NCBI GenBank assembly: GCA_002269645.1 | Contig: NIVC01005170.1 | Location: 1 to 23,874 of the forward strand | Source: Macrostomum lignano | Lineage: Eukaryota | Length of the DNA: 23,874 bases | Reading direction: 5' to 3' | Part shown: piece by piece, positions 19,101 through 23,874 of the stretch | Position numbering within the stretch: position 1 is the stretch's first letter | Layout of the letters: every line of letters begins with the position of its first letter | The notes under the pieces: generated by a model | Told to the model about the DNA's origin: nothing | Seen by the model: only the letters and a program-made list of their open reading frames with translations | The model's database searches: none | Made by a program: the position numbers and the translations under genes

Positions 19101-22100
19101 TCGGTGAACTATGGTACAAACTCAAGGCCGATTAATAAAGGCCATGCATCCATAGTACATTTTTCTGATCTGCCCGGTCTCACTCTATTCATAGTTATGA
19201 AAGACGTGTAGCCAAAACAAACTAGCTTTGATGCGTTTGTATTACTTACAGTAGCTTCTAAGTATTAAGCTGTGATTCTTTTTTCAATTTTCTCTCAGTG
19301 CTGCTGAATGCTACGGCCGCAAGACCATGCTAGCCAAGATGAAGGCGTACCTGAACTCGGACAGCATGATCCCCATGGTGGTGCACGGACCGTCGGGTAG
19401 TGGCAAGACCACTTTGATGGCGAAATGCTTCTCAAAATTGAAAGACTGGCTGCCGGAGAGTTCGACTTGTGTTGTTCGCGTTGTTGGAGTGTCCAGCAGG
19501 TCTGGGAACGTCCGCTACCTGTTGGGAAGCATCTGCCGAGAATTGCTGTTAAAGTGGAAAGAACAAGGCGACCCACCGCAGGTAACGAGGCTTTATTAAT
19601 TTTTATTTTAATTGACTCTGACATGGATTCGGGTTTCTTAGGGTCCTTAAGCCTGGTAGTTGTTAAGTATGTTACCTCCAGGTGACATGGTTTACCTCCA
19701 GGTGACGTGGGTTACCTCCAGGTGACGTGGGTTACCTCCAGGTGACGTGGGTTACCTCCAGGTGACGTGGGTTACCTCCAGGTGACGTGGGTTACATCCA
19801 GGTGACGTGGGTTACCTTCAGGTGATGTGGGTTACCTCCAGGTGACGTGGGTTACATCCAGGTGACGTGGGTTACCTCCAGGTGATGTGGGTTACCTCCA
19901 GGTGATGTGGGTTACCTCCAGGTGATGTGGGTTACCTCCAGGTGATGTGGTTACCTCCAGGTGATGTGGGTTACCTCCAGGTGATGTGGGTTACCTCCAG
20001 GAAACATATTCCCTTATTCTAGGTAGAGCGAGTTTATTTAGCTCAAACTAGCCAAGTGAGCTATAGTCTAATGAGATGTAGATGTCAAATAAAAACCTAC
20101 ACATAATGCCTAGTACATATTTGATATTTCACTAATTCGTTTATAAGTGACTGGTTTTTAAATAGGTTCTATGTGCGCATCTATCTAAAACCTTTTTCAC
20201 CAGCTAACACTTAAACTTGTCTGCGTCTTTCTATGGGGCTGATTTGAAATTTCAATATAATCTGGAATTTTATTTTCCAGAAACGTTTCGCGAGCAATCC
20301 AGAGGAGATGCTGGTACAGAGTGTTTCAAATTTCAAATTTATTTATGCGTTTTTAACCTACTACAATGATCAACTTCGAATGCTATCAGAATTAATTAGC
20401 AACTTTATTCTTGTAATTGTAAATTCCGGATTGACTATCTAATCAAGTTAATTACAAAATTTGACCAGATTTGCACACATTCATCTCACTAACCTGTTTG
20501 AATAAGAACTATGACAACAAGTATATATTTATCTATGCTTGCCGTAATCATAAAGATATTATTCCAGACCCGAAAATTTGTTAATTGTTTAATGACAACA
20601 TTTTTACGACTTTCGATTCAAATTCTCAACAGTTGTGATTTACAATTGGGAACATTGTCAGTTTTCCTGATGAAAATAAAAACACGTTTGAGGGCTATAT
20701 GTATAATACTCTAACTGTTTCAAATGTTTGCAACAGTTGACTGCAGCAGCAAAGTCAATCAAAACCGTCTCTCCTACACGCAGGATTTCGCTGGCCTGGT
20801 CAACGAGTTCACTGCTCGACTTCAACAGGCCTCTCGCGACCGTCCGCTTGTCATCTTGCTGGACTCCCTGGGCCAGCTCACCGAAGAGTACCAAGGTCGT
20901 CGGTGCCACTGGCTGCCGAAGGTGTTGCCGAAATACGTCAAGGTGATCGCATCAACGGTTGGCGACGAACGGGTCGGCGTGCTGGGCCAGCTGAAGAGCA
21001 TGTACTCAGACGCCTCCCCGGATCACTTCATGGAGATGGAGCAGCTGACGGTCGAGGAAGCTGAGAAGATTTTGAGTTCGTGGCTAGCTAAAGAAGGCAA
21101 AACACTGACCACACCGCAGCTTGAGCATGTACTGTCGGCTTTTAATTGCGTGCCGTTGCCTCTTCAGCTGCGACTCAGCTTCCACGAATCCTTAAACTGG
21201 CCGCCCAGCTTCTTGCCCCGAGAATTTGCAGCCAAGACTCTGAAACAGTCGGTGACATTCTACTTGAGCCGACTGGAGTCTGGATTCGGCGATTTGCTTG
21301 TTAAACGAGCGCTCGGATACCTGACGGCCGCCAAGAACGGCTTGACAGAAGCAGAACTACTCGACATTTTGTCGCTCGACGACCACGTGATGGACGTGCT
21401 CAACTTTCAGTTTCATCTGCCTGTGCGTCGCTGCCCCCCGATCGCTTGGCTGCGCCTGCGAAACGCACTCGGTGAATTCTTGACAGAAAAATCCGTAGAC
21501 AACTGTGTCACTATCGTCTGGGCATTCAACATGTTCAATGAAGCAGCCGCGGAGCGCTACTTGAACCAGAAGGAAGCCGGTGCTGCACAAGGCTCTCGCC
21601 GAATACTTCGACGGAATGTGGGCCGGCAACAAGCGAAAGCCGCACCTGGGCAACGAGGCCGGCTCCAACCGCTTTGTCAGCTCTCAGCCATACTACTTCG
21701 AGCGTCAAGAGCCGCCGGGTTTCGTCTGCAACGACCGAAAACTTGCCGAGCTGCCTTGGCACCTGAGAGAGTCGCAGCAGTTTGAATCGTTGAAACAAAA
21801 GTGCCTGTGCAACTTTGATTTCATTCTGGCCAAAATGTTGGCTTCGTCGGTGCGACATGTGTTGGATTTGTACGAATCTGTGCTAAGCGCCGAGCCTCGT
21901 GACAAAGACCTACGACTGATATCCAACTCTTTGTACTTGTCTCGAGCCGAGCTGGAGCTAGACCCGAAGCAACTAGCGTCACAGCTTCTTGGACGCATCA
22001 CGGATGTGCTCAAAGCTGATCGGCCAAAGGCTCCAGCAGATCCGAAGAAGTACCCATTTGTGCACGCCCTCTTTTATCGCGCTCGGCGCAACAACGTTCC

Positions 22101-23874
22101 CACTCTTGTCCCATCAAAGTCGTGCATGACAACGCCTAGCGAGATTGTCCTTGATCTCCTGCAGGGACACCGACTGCCAATCACGGCTGTCTGCATCAGC
22201 GAAGATGGAACCACGGGATTCACTAGCTCGCAGGAGGACACAATTAAAGTGTGGGACTTGACGAATAGTAGAGTCGTAAGCACTATTGAAGGCTCTGGCA
22301 GTCAGGTACTGTCCATGACGCTTGGCCGTCAGGAATCGGTGTTGATCACATCGGAGTTAACATGCGTAAAGGTGTACGCAGTGAAGATAGGCTGTCTGCT
22401 TTTCACCATTCCAGTTCAGGATGATCCTTGCTCTGTTGTCGTCAATGGAGACACAAACAACTTGGTTTGCTTTCACCAGGGTATCTGCGTGATGCGCACT
22501 GGAATTTGGAGCGCTTAACTAAGGTCTGCGACAAGACGTTAACAGAGACAGGACTGCACCAGGATCGCACCGTGGTTGTCTCTACCCGATGCAACGCAGA
22601 TTTAGTTCTGTACGGCCTTAGAGGTTCCAATTTCGCTCGTGTTGTCCACTGCCGCAGTGGACAGGACGTACTAAAGCTGTCCTGTCTTGACAAAGCGTCC
22701 CTAGTGACGGCTGTGCAGACTAGTCGCGAGTATTACATTGTAGCTTGCCAGGCTACCGACTTGCACACTCGCGTGCACATGTTCTTCTTGGAGCTATTTG
22801 ACACCGGAAAAGGCAAAAGCGTCCGACGCATCAAGGGTTGTTCATCTGACAGTGTAGTCGATGAGCTAATGCTAACTAACATTCAACAGCACGTGATCTC
22901 CTTGAATCCTATGCGAGACAAGAATATGACTGATATTGTGGCATGGAACCTGGAGACCGAGGAGCACAAACACTTTACTCGTCACCCAGGAATTTCGTCA
23001 ATTGGTGCTGTTTACGATTTTCGTCGTGTGATCACGGGCTCGCTGGCCGAGAACGCCCTTCGCATGTGGAACGTGCAGCAGAACATGCAATCCGCGCCGC
23101 AAAAGACCGAAAGCCTCGTAAATCTGGCTGATATAGTTATCGACGCAGGTAACAACCGGTACGCACTGACAAAACTTTCCGACAATAGCGTAATTCACGC
23201 TTGGAGTCTCAGCGCGAATAAATTCTCCGGCAAAGTTGTTAAATCTGCCAAAAGCATCGCTGGGCCCAATGACATGGTGCTGATGGACAGGCACTTTGTC
23301 ATTGTTCTAGCAAGACCAGGTTTCTCGCCTAAGGTGCCGAACGCAAAGTTCGTGTACCAGACACTAACTATCTTCGATATTCAAAAGCAAAAATTTCACT
23401 GTCAATTTAAACAACGTACTCATTGTACCGTGCGCCTACGAGGAATATCACGTGATTCATGGCAACCAGCTGTTGTGCATAAATGAGTTTCACACCAACT
23501 TTTTGGTGTACAGCCTAGAGTCTGGTGAAATTATTCGCCGAATTAAGCCAGAATTCTCGTTTGACCCTAACAAGAAGCGGCCGTCCGCCCTGCTCGAGGG
23601 TAGCGTGCTGCAGCGCGAAAACGAAATGTTTGAAGAGTTCATCAACAGTCGAAAGCAGACGGTTTTCATGACACCCTGGGACGCAGAAACGAGAGCAAAT
23701 CGGCAAAAACTCGACGCTATCGAAGCGAGTGGGAGGAGAAAAGCAACGAGCTGACGAGCTTGAGCAGGAGAAAGGAAACGGCATCGCGGACTTCCTAATT
23801 AGCAAGGACCAGTCCACCGTTGTGTCCAGCTTTTTTGCTCACCACATCTGCGTATTCAACTTGTCCAACGGGAC
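16075..23874 (+). CDS. NWD2: NACHT and WD40 repeat protein (NWD1/NWD2-like STAND NTPase); multi-exon, 3'-truncated by the window edge
   Basis: Exons join in frame over GT-AG introns 16192-16462, 17291-17683, 18536-18663, 18894-19298 and 19582-20783. Product has a DUF4062-like N-terminal domain, Walker A GPSGSGKT, Walker B LVILLDSL, the ALGYLTAAKNGLTEAELLDILSLDD winged-helix motif, and WD40 repeats. NWD1 versus NWD2 orthology is not resolved. At least five frameshifts lie in the last exon. Confidence 0.88.
16463..17290 (+). CDS. NWD-like gene exon: low-complexity extension with poly-Gly plus first half of the DUF4062-like domain
   Basis: Acceptor TTTTCACCAG| at 16462, donor GTG|GTATGT at 17291. 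LLLYVTSSLGDFDAERAAM...GLDFRLIDPHFG resembles the RIFTSSTFTD...ERNALM...GLEFQVVDMRWG motif. Confidence 0.85.
17684..18535 (+). CDS. NWD-like gene exon
   Basis: Acceptor CCCTTCCTCTCAG| at 17683, donor ATG|GTGTGT at 18536. Contains ILLGDKFG...EFELIR and FLDTWYYLD...PVVYRL motifs. Confidence 0.85.
18664..18893 (+). CDS. NWD-like gene exon
   Basis: Acceptor TTTCACCCTCAG| at 18663. Phase-2 donor CA|GTAATT at 18894 completes His (CA+T) with the next exon. Confidence 0.82.
19299..19581 (+). CDS. NWD-like gene exon with the NACHT P-loop
   Basis: Acceptor TTTTCTCTCAG| at 19298, Walker A GPSGSGKT at 19387-19410, donor CAG|GTAACG at 19582. Confidence 0.9.
19671..20001. repeat. Intronic 20-bp minisatellite (GTTACCTCCAGGTGACGTGG)n, ~16.5 units
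   Basis: 20-bp period with one 19-bp unit. The 16 GGTGA-containing halves are 8 TGACGTGG, 7 TGATGTGG and 1 TGACATGG. Confidence 0.97.
20281..20313 (+). CDS. Candidate 33-nt in-frame microexon of the NWD-like gene (KRFASNPEEML)
   Basis: Strong acceptor TTTTATTTTCCAG| at 20280, donor CTG|GTACAG at 20314, phase 0-0, stop-free. Confidence 0.4.
20784..23874 (+). CDS. NWD-like gene long exon (Walker B, helical and winged-helix domains, WD40 repeats), interrupted by small indels
   Basis: Acceptor CCGTCTCTCCTACACGCAG| at 20783, phase 0 (DFAGLVNEF). Homologous reading continues across frame changes at ~21575, ~22500, ~23407, ~23682 and ~23741, ending in ...GIADFLISKDQSTVVSSFFAHHICVFNLSNG at the window edge. 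Confidence 0.85.

Noticed and set aside
20730-20750. Alternative acceptors at 20736, 20746 and 20749 for the long NWD exon
   Set aside because: Phase 1 or 2, incompatible with the phase-0 upstream donor; the acceptor at 20783 fits both phase and homology.
23406-23412. TTTAAAC slippery heptamer as a programmed -1 frameshift
   Set aside because: The incoming frame is TTT AAA and a +1 shift is needed, the opposite of the canonical U UUA AAC -1 mechanism; an extra T is simpler.
16456-23817. Numerous minus-strand ORFs over the NWD exons
   Set aside because: Antisense shadows of GC-rich coding exons without independent motifs.

Overview
Eukaryotic (metazoan) genomic DNA. GC-rich exons, short GT-AG introns, an intronless orphan GPCR and (AGTC)n/(TGAG)n microsatellites suggest a flatworm such as Macrostomum; this is inference only. 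In order, the window holds: the last two exons of a probable single-pass membrane protein (to 1191); a ~320 bp MITE-like insertion; a full-length but decayed DD34D mariner (2546-3865, 26-bp TIRs, TA duplication); an intron-containing tRNA-Tyr(GTA) on the minus strand; an intronless rhodopsin-class GPCR whose stop codon is supplied by a tetranucleotide microsatellite; two head-to-tail Crypton-like (tyrosine-recombinase, DUF3504-type) elements not shown by the ORF track; a ~1 kb 20-bp minisatellite; and a multi-exon NACHT-WD40 (NWD1/NWD2-like) STAND NTPase gene running off the right edge, with several 1-2 nt frameshifts that look like assembly errors. The most interesting signal is the Crypton-like pair (9612-11989). 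Element B has 18-bp inverted arms just inside a 6-bp direct repeat, so circularisation would rebuild a loxP/dif-like recombinase site, yet its catalytic domain is deleted. All homology calls come from motif recognition, not database searches.
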